A stretch of 64,000 bases of DNA from Myxococcota bacterium (GCA_044344255.1 JBIJDH010000024.1:62812-126811), one strand, 5' to 3'. Counted from the stretch's first letter, positions 8,818 to 18,854 are shown. Numbers and translations: made by a program. Notes: generated by a model from the sequence alone, not told the origin.

Positions 8818-11195
8818 GCTCCCCCGTGCCCACCGCTCCCGCCCAGCCCGCCGACCCGCGCGCCCCCGAAAGCGGGGAGTGCGCACACTGCGGGACCCGA
8901 ATGGAGGGCGCCCTGGGCGGGCCGGCCTACTGCTGCAGCGGCTGCGAGGTGGCGGCGGCCATCATCTCCGGCGCCGGCCTCGAGCGGTACTACAGCGAGC
9001 GGGAGGCCCTGCCCCCGCGGCCCAGCGGAGACGCCCAGCACGGGTGGAGCCGGATCCCGCACCGCGAGAACGCCGACGGCACGCGCTCCGCTGAGCTCTG
9101 CATCGAGGGCCTGCGCTGCAGCTCCTGCGTCTGGGTCACCGAGAAGGTGCTCGAGCGCAGCCCGGGCGTGCGCGAGGCCACCGTCAGCTACGCCTCGGGC
9201 CGGGCCTCCCTCCGCTGGGACCCCGCAGAGGGCGACCTCGACACCATCCTCGGCCGCGTGGGCGCGCTCGGCTACAGCCCGCGGGCGCTGACGGCCACCG
9301 GCACCTCGCCGGCCGACCGCGACCTCCTGATGCGCCTCGGCGTGGCGACCTTCTCCGCCACCAACGTGATGATGATCGCGGTCGGGGTCTACCTCGGCTG
9401 GTTCAGCGGGATGGAGGACCGCTTCAGCCGGCTCTTCCAGTGGGCCTCGCTCACGCTGGCCACGCCGGCCGCCCTCTGGTCGGCGGTGCCCTTCTACCGC
9501 GCCGCCTGGACGGGCCTGCGCCACCGGGTCCTCTCGATGGACCTGCCCGTGAGCATCGGCGTGCTCTTGATGTTCGGCCACGGCACCGCCGCGACCCTCC
9601 GCGGGGAGGACGCCTACCTCGACTCCCTGACCATGCTCGTGGCGCTGCTCCTCGCCGGGCGGGTGGTGGAGCAGCGCGGCCGCCGGGCCGCCGCCAGCGC
9701 CGCCACCACCCTCGCCGCCGAGGCCCCCCGCAGCGCCCGCCGTGTCGAGGGTGACCGGGTGGTGGAGGTCGCGCCCGAGCGCCTCCGCGTCGGTGACCTC
9801 GTGGAGATCGGCGCCGGCGGGGAGATCCCGGCCGACGGGGTCGTGGTGGCCGGGCGCGCCGGCGTGCGCATGGCCCTGCTCACGGGCGAGTCCGAGCCGG
9901 TCGCCCGCACCGAGGGGGACGCCGTCATCGCCGGTGCCGTGGTCCAAGAGGGCTCGCTGCGGGTGCGCGTCGAGGCCGCAGGCGAGGGCACCCTCCTCTC
10001 CCGCATGGCAACCGCGCTCCGCGAGGCGGCCGACAAGCCCGCCGCGACCCGCGAGGACCGCATCGCCCCCTGGTTCACCGCGCTCACGCTCTTCGCGGCC
10101 ACGGCCACGCTGACCACCCACGCCTTGCTCTCCGGGCTCTCGGCGGCCCTGCCCCCGACCGTCGCCGTGCTCGTGGTGGCCTGCCCCTGCGCCCTCGCCC
10201 TCGCCGAGCCTCTGGCCCGCGCCGCCGGCCTCGGCGCCGCCGCCCGCCGGGGGCTGCTCTTCCGCTCCGGCGACGCCGTGCTCGACCTCGCGGAGGTCAC
10301 CCACATCGCCCTCGACAAGACGGGCACCGCCACCGCCGGGCGCCCCGTGGTGGTCGAGGCCGACGACAAGGTCCTCCGCATCGCCGCCGGCATCGAGCGC
10401 AACAGCATCCACCCCATCGCCCGCGCCATCGTCGACGAGGCGGTGCGGCGCGGCATCCCCCTGCCGGCCGGCCAGCTCATCTCCGAGACGGCCGGCGAGG
10501 GCATCGTGGGCGAGGTCGACGGGGCCCGCTACACGATCGCGAGCGCCGGGCCGGGCCTCGTCTCCGTGGTCGGCGGAGGCCCCTCCGCGGGTGAGGGGCC
10601 GGCGCTCTCCGGCACCATCGTGCTCCGCGACGTGCTGCGGCGCGACGCGGCCAGCATCGTGGCGGAGCTCCAGGCCGAGGGCCTGAAGGTGACCCTGCTC
10701 ACCGGAGACCACAAGGACATCGCCCGCCGCGTCGGCTGGGCCGCCGGCATCAACGACATCGTGGCCGGCGTGAAGCCCGACGAGAAGGCCGCCTGGATCC
10801 GCGCCCGGCAGGCCGAGGGTGCCCGCGTGCTCTTCGTGGGCGACGGCATCAACGACGGCCCGGCCCTCGTCGAGGCCAGCGTCGGCCTCGCGATGGGCAC
10901 CGGCGCCCCCTCCTCGATGCTCGCCGCCGACGCCATCGTCGCCGTCGACGGCCTGGGCCCGATCCTCGCCGGCCTCCGCGCCGCCCGCGCCGCCGCCGCC
11001 GCCGTCCGCTCGAACCGACGCCGCTCGCTGGTCTACAATTTCAGCGCCGTGGTCGCCGCCTCCCTCGGGCTGGTCAACCCCCTCGTCGCCGCCCTCCTGA
11101 TGCCCCTGTCGAGCGGGATGGTGCTCTACGGCGCCACCCGGGTAGAACGTCGAGTCCAAGCCGCCGAGCGCGCGGCCCGCCCGGTGAGACCATGA
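8814..11195 (+). CDS. ccoI: cbb3-associated P1B-type Cu ATPase
   Basis: CAHC..YCCSGC N-domain, HMA CSSC, TGES, CPC, DKTGT, HP and GDGIND motifs. Confidence 0.93.
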   Translation: MSSPVPTAPAQPADPRAPESGECAHCGTRMEGALGGPAYCCSGCEVAAAIISGAGLERYYSEREALPPRPSGDAQHGWSRIPHRENADGTRSAELCIEGLRCSSCVWVTEKVLERSPGVREATVSYASGRASLRWDPAEGDLDTILGRVGALGYSPRALTATGTSPADRDLLMRLGVATFSATNVMMIAVGVYLGWFSGMEDRFSRLFQWASLTLATPAALWSAVPFYRAAWTGLRHRVLSMDLPVSIGVLLMFGHGTAATLRGEDAYLDSLTMLVALLLAGRVVEQRGRRAAASAATTLAAEAPRSARRVEGDRVVEVAPERLRVGDLVEIGAGGEIPADGVVVAGRAGVRMALLTGESEPVARTEGDAVIAGAVVQEGSLRVRVEAAGEGTLLSRMATALREAADKPAATREDRIAPWFTALTLFAATATLTTHALLSGLSAALPPTVAVLVVACPCALALAEPLARAAGLGAAARRGLLFRSGDAVLDLAEVTHIALDKTGTATAGRPVVVEADDKVLRIAAGIERNSIHPIARAIVDEAVRRGIPLPAGQLISETAGEGIVGEVDGARYTIASAGPGLVSVVGGGPSAGEGPALSGTIVLRDVLRRDAASIVAELQAEGLKVTLLTGDHKDIARRVGWAAGINDIVAGVKPDEKAAWIRARQAEGARVLFVGDGINDGPALVEASVGLAMGTGAPSSMLAADAIVAVDGLGPILAGLRAARAAAAAVRSNRRRSLVYNFSAVVAASLGLVNPLVAALLMPLSSGMVLYGATRVERRVQAAERAARPVRP

Positions 11196-11326
11196 ACGCC
11201 ATCCTCTTCCTGCTCCCGGTCGCCGTCGGCCTCGGCGCCTTCTTCGCCTGGAGCTTCCTCAAGGCGGTGCGAGACGGTCAGTTCGATGACCTCGACGACC
11301 CGCCCCGGCGCATGCTGCGCGACTGA
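11192..11326 (+). CDS. ccoS: cbb3 oxidase maturation protein (44 aa, absent from the ORF track)
   Basis: MNAILFLLPVAVGLGAFFAWSFLKAVRDGQFDDLDDPPRRMLRD carries the GQFDDL motif; ATGA overlap with ccoI. Confidence 0.92.
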   Translation: MNAILFLLPVAVGLGAFFAWSFLKAVRDGQFDDLDDPPRRMLRD

Positions 11327-11376
11327 CCCCGGGTGACCGTCCACCTGTGGAGGCTCCCCGGTCCGAGGTTCTCCGG

Positions 11377-12129
11377 TCAGAGGCTCCCGGGCGCGATGCC
11401 GCTGCCGTCTGGGCGGACCATCACCTCGTGCGCCCCTTGGTAGTGCGGGCCGAGCGCGGTGGCGCGGCGGCTCACGTGGTCGAGCATCTCCCGCAGCGAG
11501 GACAGGGCCCAGCGGGTGGCGACCTCATCGGGCACGATGCCGCCGATGAGGGTGTGCACCTGATAGACCGCCAGCGTCCCGCCGCCCGCGCTGGCCAGGA
11601 ACCAGGCCCCGTCATTGGCGGGGAGCCAGACCCCCTCCGGATCGGGGTGGGTGGCGAGGGTGGGGTCCGCGAGGGTCCAGGTGCGCTCCCAGACCCGCCC
11701 CTCGGTCGCCTGGTAGAGCGCGCGGTTGTTGGAGAGGTCAATCACCCACTGGCGATCGGTGAGCGGCCAGGGGAGGTCGATGTGCTGGAAGAGCAGCTTC
11801 CGGTTGGGGGTGGTGCCGGGGAGCTGCTCCTCGCGGAGCCCGGAGACGATGGTGTCGTGCTTGTCGTCGAGGATGGCGATCCAGAGCGCCTCCTTCGAGA
11901 GGGGCGACCACATCGCCCCCTGCGCCCGGTCTGTCCCGGAACCCGACACCCGCCGCCGGACCGTCTCTCCGGCGGCGATACGCCGGAGGTCGGCCTCGGA
12001 GAGCCGCGGCGGCATGCGACCCTCCGACCGCAGCGCCGGCCCGAGCGCCGCCCAGTCGGCGATCAGGGCCGCAGGATCCGGCCCGGCGAGGGCCACTTGG
12101 AGCAGCAGCGAGGCGAGGAGCAGGCTCAA
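11377..12129 (-). CDS. secreted START/SRPBCC-superfamily lipid-binding protein
   Basis: Signal peptide; QHIDLPWPLTDRQWV resembles the START 'PWPxxdR' motif. Confidence 0.65.
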   Translation of the reverse strand: MSLLLASLLLQVALAGPDPAALIADWAALGPALRSEGRMPPRLSEADLRRIAAGETVRRRVSGSGTDRAQGAMWSPLSKEALWIAILDDKHDTIVSGLREEQLPGTTPNRKLLFQHIDLPWPLTDRQWVIDLSNNRALYQATEGRVWERTWTLADPTLATHPDPEGVWLPANDGAWFLASAGGGTLAVYQVHTLIGGIVPDEVATRWALSSLREMLDHVSRRATALGPHYQGAHEVMVRPDGSGIAPGSL

Positions 12130-12524
12130 TCGAGGCTTCGCAGCAGCGCCGGCAAGCGACGGAGGAGCTCGTCGCGGGTGGCCCGATAGGCCTCGAGCCG
12201 CTCCTCGGGGGGAGCGGAGGAGGGGTCTGGCAGGGGCCAGGCGACCCGACGGGTGGGGAGCTTCGCGCCCGGGCAGTCCCGCTCGGCCGCCAGGGTCACG
12301 AGCAGGGCGGTCTCCTCGAAGGGGGTCTCGCCGATGGCCCGCGCCCGCAAGAAGGCGGCGTCGATGCTCATCTCCCGCAGCACCTGCTTGACCTCCGGCC
12401 GCACGTGGGAGGGCCGCAGGCCCGCCGACCAGACCTCGAGGTCGGGCCGGATGTGGCGGGCGATCGCCTCAGCGAGGGGCGAGCGGGCGCTGTTTGTGTC
12501 GCAGACGAAGAGGACGAGGGGCAT
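12126..12524 (-). CDS. ArsC/LMW-PTP family protein lacking one resolving Cys
   Basis: P-loop VLFVCDTNSARS, SAG and WPLPDP motifs; VTLAAERDCP where ArsC has VTLCxxxxCP. Confidence 0.85.
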   Translation of the reverse strand: MPLVLFVCDTNSARSPLAEAIARHIRPDLEVWSAGLRPSHVRPEVKQVLREMSIDAAFLRARAIGETPFEETALLVTLAAERDCPGAKLPTRRVAWPLPDPSSAPPEERLEAYRATRDELLRRLPALLRSLD

Positions 12525-12609
12525 CGGCAGACCTTGTGCGGCGCAGCCTAGCTGCCACAGGGCCACTTGCCCAGGGGTCGCACCGTCGACGGGCTCGCGC
12601 GCGTTAGCG

Positions 12610-13314
12610 GTGCGGGTGCTCGCCCTCCTGCTGCTCGCCTGCGTCGCCGCGCCCGCGCCTGAGGCGGCCCGCTCCACCCTCGTCTGGTGGGCCTGGGAGC
12701 AGCCTGAGGACCTGCGGGGGCTGCCCGCTCCCGAGGAGGTCGCCGCCCTGCTCCGCACCCTCCGGGACGAGGGGGGCGCCCTCCAGGTGATCCCGCGGCG
12801 CCAGCCCCTCCGCATCGACCCCGGCACGCCGCTCACGGCGGTGGTCCGCCTCGAGCTCGACGGGCAGCCCCTCATCGAGGAGGTGGTCGCGGCGCTGCTC
12901 CCCGCCGTCTCTCGCCCGGAGGTGGTCCGCCTACAGCTCGACTTCGACGCCCGCGCCTCTCAACGCGCCTGGTACCGCGCCCTGCTGGAGGCGCTGCGGC
13001 CGCGCCTCTCTGTGCCCCTCTCCATCACGGCCCTCGCCTCCTGGTGCACGGGAGACCCCTGGCTGGAGGGGGCGCCGATCGACGAGCAGGTGCCGATGCT
13101 CTTCGACCTCGGCGCCGACGCGCCCGTCCTCCAGGCCCGCCTCGCGCGGGGAGGCGACGTGCTCCCTGACTGCCAGTCCGCCTGGGGGCTGTCGTCGGCA
13201 GGCGAGCTGTTTCCGCCGCCCTCCCCGCGGAGGATCTACCTCTTCCACCCAGGCCCGGGCTCGGCCGAGGCGCGGGCCGGCTTGCGCCAGCGGCTGGCCA
13301 GAACGGCGGGATAA
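12610..13314 (+). CDS. DUF3142-like secreted protein (GH18-like barrel)
   Basis: WAWEQPEDLR, LQLDFDARASQRAWYRALL and LSITALASWC motifs; start codon uncertain. Confidence 0.75.
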   Translation: MRVLALLLLACVAAPAPEAARSTLVWWAWEQPEDLRGLPAPEEVAALLRTLRDEGGALQVIPRRQPLRIDPGTPLTAVVRLELDGQPLIEEVVAALLPAVSRPEVVRLQLDFDARASQRAWYRALLEALRPRLSVPLSITALASWCTGDPWLEGAPIDEQVPMLFDLGADAPVLQARLARGGDVLPDCQSAWGLSSAGELFPPPSPRRIYLFHPGPGSAEARAGLRQRLARTAG

Positions 13315-13323
13315 GGTCAGCCG

Positions 13324-15408
13324 ATGCTCCTGCTCGCCCTCCTCGCCTCGCTCGCTCCCGCCGTCGCCTGCGGCCCCTTCATCGAGAGCACCGTGTTCTC
13401 CTACGAGCGGCACCCCGAGCCCCCGCTCGCCGCCTTCGTCGCCGGGCCCCCAGGGGTGATCCACCCCCGCTGGCTGGACAGCTTCCAGGTCGCGGCCTGG
13501 CGCGCGATGATCGGGCGCCCCCTCTCGGTCACCGAGCAGGCGGCCTTTCGAGAGGCCTGGGCGGTCGAGCTCACGAACGGGAGCCCAGCCTCCCCCGGCC
13601 TCGACGCCTGGACGGAGGCCCGCGCCAAGCTGCCCGATCCGCCGCCGGTCAACCCCTCTCGAGAAGACCCGGCCACCTGGAGCGCCTGGACGAACTGCGG
13701 CGACGACGCCTTTCGAGTGGCCGCGGCGACGCTGCGGCGCCTGTCGGTCGCCGATCCCGAGGGGGAGCGTGACGACTGGCTCGCCGCCCAAGACCGCGTC
13801 TTCGCCGCCTGCTCCGACGCCGCCGCCCCCGCGCCGAGAGACGCCCCGCCGCGGGCCTCCCGTTGGCTGAAAGAGGAGCGCGACTGGCAGGTGGCGGCCT
13901 GGTATTTCTATCAGGGCCGCTGGGACGAGGCCGACCAGGCCTTTACGCCCCTCGCCCGCATCGGCCCGCGCTCCGAGGAGGCCGAGCTCGTGCGGGCTCG
14001 AATCCAGGTGCGGCGCTACAGCCTCAGCGACTTCAAGGACGCCGAGGCCGGCGCACGCGCGCGAAAGATGCTCCAGGACATCCTCGACAACAAGCGCCTC
14101 GCCTCTGTTCACGCGAGCGCCACCCGGCTGCTCGACTACGTCTCCTTTCATGCCGCGCCCGTGGTGCAGCGGGACGCCCTCGCCAGTCAGCTCTCGGCGG
14201 GCCCGGCCACCGTCCACAAGCTGCGCGACTTCACACTGCTGATGGACCGCACCCTCGACACCGACGGCACCAACGGGATGGTGGAGTGGATTCGGGTCTA
14301 TCACCGCGGCCTCGGCGCGCCCGACTACGCCCAGCGCCGCTGGGAGAAGGGGCATGAGCTGCCCTGGCTGGTCGCCGCCCTGTCCCGGGCCGACCCCCGC
14401 GGGCCCGCCTGGGCCCGCCTCGCCGCCGACGCGGAGGCCGTGCCGCTACCGGACCCCGCCCGCCCCACCCTCGACCTCTCCCTCCTGCAGGGGGAGGTCT
14501 CCCGCGGCGAGGAGGCCGCCGCCCGCGCCCGCGGCGACCGCCTCCTCCGCGACACCCGCGCCTACTCCGACCGCAACATGATCGCCGCCCTGCGGCTGAT
14601 CGTCGCCGCCTCCGCCGAGGAGTGGCTCTCGCTCGCGGTCGCCCAGCCCGTGGCCTGGGGCTTTGACGAGGGGCAGTACGACTGGTTCGGCGACGTCGCG
14701 ATCGGCCCGGGGCCCACCTCGGGGCAGGTCGTGCCCCGCGGCCTCCTCCGCGGCGCGGCCCTCACCTGGGGCCTCGACCTCCCCCAAGACCTGCTGCTCG
14801 ACCTCGCCCCCCGCCTGGACCCTGCGCCCCGGCCCCGCGCCCTCCTCTCCGTTTGGACCCGCGCGGCGGTGCTCGGCCACGACAGCACCTACGCGGCCCT
14901 CGGGCCCCGCCTCGCCGTCGAGGTGCCCGAGGCGAGCGCGATGGTCGAGGAGGTCCGCGCCGCCCGCAGCGCGAAGGAGCGCCGCTTCGCCGCCGCCCTC
15001 GGCCTCCTCCGCCTCCCCGGGAGCCGCTACATCCCCGACGCGGGGGTCGGCCGGAGGACGCCGATCGATCAGATCGATGACTACCGCGACAACTGGTGGT
15101 GCGCGGTCACCGGCGCGCCGCCGCCGCCGAGCTTCCTCACCGACGCCGAGCGGCGCCGCGCCGCCGAGGAGCAGGTCACCCTCATCGCCGCCGGCAGCGG
15201 GCCGGTGGCCCTCGGGCAGATCGTGCTCGACTGGGTGGGCGGGCACAAGTCCGACCCCCGCTCCGCCGAGGCGCTGGCCCGCATCGTGCGCGCCACCCGC
15301 TACTCCTGCGGAGGGAACGCCGCGATCTCCCAGCGCGCCTTCAAGCTGCTCCAGAAGGACTACAAGGACACGGCGTGGGCGAAGGACACGCCCTACTGGT
15401 ATGACTGA
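13324..15408 (+). CDS. large secreted helical/TPR-like protein, likely partner of the DUF3142-like protein
   Basis: Signal peptide ending AVA-CGP, NCGDDAF, QDRVFAAC, and C-terminal RATRYSC..AFKLLQKDY..TPYWY. Confidence 0.7.
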   Translation: MLLLALLASLAPAVACGPFIESTVFSYERHPEPPLAAFVAGPPGVIHPRWLDSFQVAAWRAMIGRPLSVTEQAAFREAWAVELTNGSPASPGLDAWTEARAKLPDPPPVNPSREDPATWSAWTNCGDDAFRVAAATLRRLSVADPEGERDDWLAAQDRVFAACSDAAAPAPRDAPPRASRWLKEERDWQVAAWYFYQGRWDEADQAFTPLARIGPRSEEAELVRARIQVRRYSLSDFKDAEAGARARKMLQDILDNKRLASVHASATRLLDYVSFHAAPVVQRDALASQLSAGPATVHKLRDFTLLMDRTLDTDGTNGMVEWIRVYHRGLGAPDYAQRRWEKGHELPWLVAALSRADPRGPAWARLAADAEAVPLPDPARPTLDLSLLQGEVSRGEEAAARARGDRLLRDTRAYSDRNMIAALRLIVAASAEEWLSLAVAQPVAWGFDEGQYDWFGDVAIGPGPTSGQVVPRGLLRGAALTWGLDLPQDLLLDLAPRLDPAPRPRALLSVWTRAAVLGHDSTYAALGPRLAVEVPEASAMVEEVRAARSAKERRFAAALGLLRLPGSRYIPDAGVGRRTPIDQIDDYRDNWWCAVTGAPPPPSFLTDAERRRAAEEQVTLIAAGSGPVALGQIVLDWVGGHKSDPRSAEALARIVRATRYSCGGNAAISQRAFKLLQKDYKDTAWAKDTPYWYD

Positions 15409-15500
15409 GATTGGACTGGGTAGGACGGAGGCTGCGGCGCGCCGCAAACTGGCGCCGCCCGACGCGCGCCGATAGCCGGCTGTCCCTTCGGAGCCCGGCC

Positions 15501-16712
15501 ATGCGCAACGTCGTCTTTGTCCTCCCCTTCCCCTTCGAGGAGTCGCTGCGCTTCCTCCGCGCGGTCGCCGCGCTCCCCGACGTGCGGGTGCTCGGGGTCC
15601 ACCAGCGGGCCCCGACGCGGGAAGAGGCGCCCCTCCACGACGCGGTCGAGATCGCCGATGGCCTCGACCCCCAGCAGATCATCACCGGCATCGAGATCCT
15701 GCGCCGCAAGCACGGCCCCATCTCCCGGATCGTGGGCGTGCTCGAACCCCTCCAACACGCGCTGGCCGTGGCCCGCGAGCACTTTGACGTGCCCGGGCCC
15801 CGCCCCGCCACCGCCGAGCGCTTCCGCGACAAGGCCGTGATGAAGGACGCCCTGCGCGCCGCTGGGATCCCCTGCGCCCGCCACAGCCTCCTCACCTGCG
15901 CCGCCGACGCCCAGGCCTTCGTGCGCCACGTGGGCTTCCCGATCGTGATGAAGCCGCCGCAGGGGGTGGGCTGCCGCTCCACCTACCGCATCGACGGCCC
16001 CGCCGAGCTCGCCGCCGCCCTCCAGGACACCCGCCCGAGCCCCGGCCGCCCCGTGCTCGCCGAGGAGTTCCTCACCGGCGAGGAGCGCACCTTCGACGCC
16101 CTCACCCTCGGCGGAGAGGTGGTCTTCCACTCGATCAGCCACTACCGGCCGAGCCCGCTCGACGCGATGCGCAACCCTTGGATCCAGTATGTGGTCCAGC
16201 TCCCGCGTGACATCTCCGGGCCCGAGTACGCAGGCGCCCGCGACATCGGCGTCCGCACCATCCGCGCCCTCGGCCTCGACCACGGCATGACCCACATGGA
16301 GTGGTTCCGCCGCGCCGACGGCTCCGTGGCGGTCGGCGAGATCGCGATGCGGCCCCCCGGCGTGAACCTCGTCCCGATGATGAACGAGGCCTACGAGACG
16401 AGCCTCTACCGGGCCTGGGCCCGCGCCGTGGTCGACCAGGCCTTTGACGGCCCCTGGCGCCGCCGCTGGTCGGTGGGCTGCGCCTTCCTCCGGGGCACCG
16501 GCCGGGGCCGCGTGGTCGCCGTCGAGGGCCTCGAGGAGGCCCAGCGCGCCGTAAAGGGCATGGTGGTGAGCGCCCGCCTCCCCCGCTACGGCCAGCCCAA
16601 GGCCGACGGCTACGAGGGGGAGGGCTTCGTGATCCTCCGCCACGAGGACGACGGGGCCCTGTCCCAGGCCCTGTCGACCCTCATCGAGACCGTGAAGGTC
16701 CGCTACGCCTGA
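15501..16712 (+). CDS. ATP-grasp domain protein
   Basis: FRDKAVMK, GFPIVMKPPQGVG, LAEEFL, THMEWF and EIAMRPPG motifs. Confidence 0.9.
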   Translation: MRNVVFVLPFPFEESLRFLRAVAALPDVRVLGVHQRAPTREEAPLHDAVEIADGLDPQQIITGIEILRRKHGPISRIVGVLEPLQHALAVAREHFDVPGPRPATAERFRDKAVMKDALRAAGIPCARHSLLTCAADAQAFVRHVGFPIVMKPPQGVGCRSTYRIDGPAELAAALQDTRPSPGRPVLAEEFLTGEERTFDALTLGGEVVFHSISHYRPSPLDAMRNPWIQYVVQLPRDISGPEYAGARDIGVRTIRALGLDHGMTHMEWFRRADGSVAVGEIAMRPPGVNLVPMMNEAYETSLYRAWARAVVDQAFDGPWRRRWSVGCAFLRGTGRGRVVAVEGLEEAQRAVKGMVVSARLPRYGQPKADGYEGEGFVILRHEDDGALSQALSTLIETVKVRYA

Positions 16713-16719
16713 CGCAGGG

Positions 16720-17433
16720 TCAAGGGTGGCTCGCTGGCTCCTCGGCAAGGCGGAGGGCCTGGAGCACCTGCAGCCCGGCTCGCTCCGCCCGCGCAAGGTC
16801 GAGCGGAGTACCCGGGCACCCCGATGCACCCGCCACCTCCGCGGTGCGGACCATCGCGCCCAAGCCTCGTCGCCGACACTCCCGCACAAAGAGTGGGTTG
16901 ACACCCTCGAGACCGTCCAACAGAGCCTCCTGGTGCGCACGGTCCTCCTGCAAGCGCTCAGCGGAGGCGTCTCGTGCCCAGGAGTCGCGGACGATCAGCG
17001 GCGCATGACCGAGCTCGAACAACGCAGCGACAAAGGTCGCGCAGGTCAGTCCGGACCCCGACCCCGAGGAAGTGAGCGCACCGTCTCGACGGAAGGCCTG
17101 CTCCATATTCAAGCCAAACGGAAGCATCGCCTCACGCTCCCAGCGATCTCGGACGATGTCTGCGGCAAGCAACACACCTTCGAGGATCTCGTGCGGCAGG
17201 GCTGGCTTCACGAGGCGGAGCGTACGGTCCGGATCGAAGACGCGTTGCTCCAACGGCTCGAATGGCTGCTGGCTGAGGTAGAGAGCGTCACTCCCGGCTT
17301 CACCGGCTACGACAACCCCAACGTGGGAGGCGTCCGGGAGGATCGCCACCGCGACCAGGAGCCCATCCTGGAGCGCGGAGTGAGCCGGGAGGAGGCAGGG
17401 AGGGTCGTCGGCCTCCGCGGCTGTGACGCTCAA
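16720..17433 (-). CDS. hypothetical protein, probable permuted papain-like (His before Cys) hydrolase
   Basis: TTG start overlaps the upstream stop (TTGA). Contains SHVGVVV and GLTCATFVAALF; codon use differs from the core genes. Confidence 0.55.
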   Translation of the reverse strand: MSVTAAEADDPPCLLPAHSALQDGLLVAVAILPDASHVGVVVAGEAGSDALYLSQQPFEPLEQRVFDPDRTLRLVKPALPHEILEGVLLAADIVRDRWEREAMLPFGLNMEQAFRRDGALTSSGSGSGLTCATFVAALFELGHAPLIVRDSWARDASAERLQEDRAHQEALLDGLEGVNPLFVRECRRRGLGAMVRTAEVAGASGCPGTPLDLARAERAGLQVLQALRLAEEPASHP

Positions 17434-18854
17434 GACAGGCGCTCCAGCCAACGCTCGACCTCTGCGCTCAGAGGGCCCTCGCGCTCCAAATCGCTCCGGA
17501 ACCAAGACACGAGCTCGGCGCGCCCCTCGACCGGCCAGGGTGACCGAACGGTGGACAACAGCACGGCCCGAACCAACGGCCGCCGGAGCGCCCGCGCGGA
17601 CACCTCTCGCACCAAGGCCGCGGCGAGCTCGCGGTCGTACGCGTACTGCATGTCGTCCGCGAGCTGAGCGAGGACCACCGCACCCTCACGTGGGCGCCCC
17701 CTCTCGTCGGCCGCGAGGGCTCGAGACACGGCTGCCGAGACGAGCGAGCTCCGCCGCATCGCCTCCCCCCGCGCTGCGGCGAGCACCAGGGGATCGACCG
17801 CCCCATCCTCCCCGGGGAGCGCTGGCAGCGGAGCGCAGCCCGGCGAAGGGGAATCCACCGGCGGGAGCTCCACATCGCACGCAGCATACTCCTTGGTGTC
17901 CACCAGGTGCCGATGGGTCGCCCAACGCGGGAGGTAGCCCTGATTGACGAGCTGATATTGGGCGACCCCAACGGTCGCCTTGAAGACATCCACGACGCGC
18001 CGGACACGCTCCGCGCAGGCTGCGGAGCCGCCCGCAGGCCCCCCATCCGGCGGGCCGAACAGTTCAATCAGGCCCTGCAACGGAACGAGCAATTCGGCAG
18101 CGAACCCCTTTGCGCGCGACTCCGCGAGGTCCTTGGTCTCCGACCCGTCCTCCTTGTCTTCGGTGTCCAGGGTGAGGACAGTGCCACCCGCAGCCGGCGA
18201 ATCATAGAGAATGTGGCAAATCTCGTGGGCGATGTCCACACGCGCTGACCTGGGCTCGATTGGCCGCGCCTCCGCGATCACCGCAGCCGCAGCCGAGCGA
18301 TCGGCAGCCATCACCGCCACCGCGCGCAAGCCCGAGGATCGAAGACGACGATGGAGGACCGGTATCCCCAGCTCCGCGGCGAGCGAGACCAGGTCGGGTA
18401 CCGGCTTGCTCCCCAAGCCCCGCTCGTGCCGCAGCCGACGGGCGAGGCGATAGCCCTGTTGAGCTGCCGCCGTGGGGTAGGTGGCCGAGATGACAACCGG
18501 GAGAGGGGGGGGCAACCGCGCGTCCGGGGAGCAAGCGCGCGCGGCCCAGTCGCGACCGCAGCGCAGCGCCTCCAGGAGCGTCGAAACATCCGCGCCGTCC
18601 AGCGAGCCGAAGGGACCTCGAAATGTGAAGAACCTCGCGATGGACGGATCATCATCGGCCGGGGTGAGCACATCAAAGGCCCACGCGCCCCGGTGCAAAC
18701 CCAGCGCCGCCGTCACCGCTCGCACGACCTCGGGCTCCCGCTCTGGCGCGCTCTCCGCACGGAGGAGTTCCGCCACCGAGACCTCCGCCCCGGCCGCGAG
18801 CTCCGCAGCGGACAAGCCCGCGAGGTGCCGCAGCGCGGAGAGATCGCGAAACAT
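17430..18854 (-). CDS. XRE-HTH plus ImmA/IrrE (peptidase M78) fusion with C-terminal helical extension
   Basis: N-terminal LRHLAGLSAAELAAGAEVS HTH, IAHEICHIL (HExxH), ESRAKGFAAELLVP; strong AGGAGG RBS. Confidence 0.88.
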   Translation of the reverse strand: MFRDLSALRHLAGLSAAELAAGAEVSVAELLRAESAPEREPEVVRAVTAALGLHRGAWAFDVLTPADDDPSIARFFTFRGPFGSLDGADVSTLLEALRCGRDWAARACSPDARLPPPLPVVISATYPTAAAQQGYRLARRLRHERGLGSKPVPDLVSLAAELGIPVLHRRLRSSGLRAVAVMAADRSAAAAVIAEARPIEPRSARVDIAHEICHILYDSPAAGGTVLTLDTEDKEDGSETKDLAESRAKGFAAELLVPLQGLIELFGPPDGGPAGGSAACAERVRRVVDVFKATVGVAQYQLVNQGYLPRWATHRHLVDTKEYAACDVELPPVDSPSPGCAPLPALPGEDGAVDPLVLAAARGEAMRRSSLVSAAVSRALAADERGRPREGAVVLAQLADDMQYAYDRELAAALVREVSARALRRPLVRAVLLSTVRSPWPVEGRAELVSWFRSDLEREGPLSAEVERWLERLS

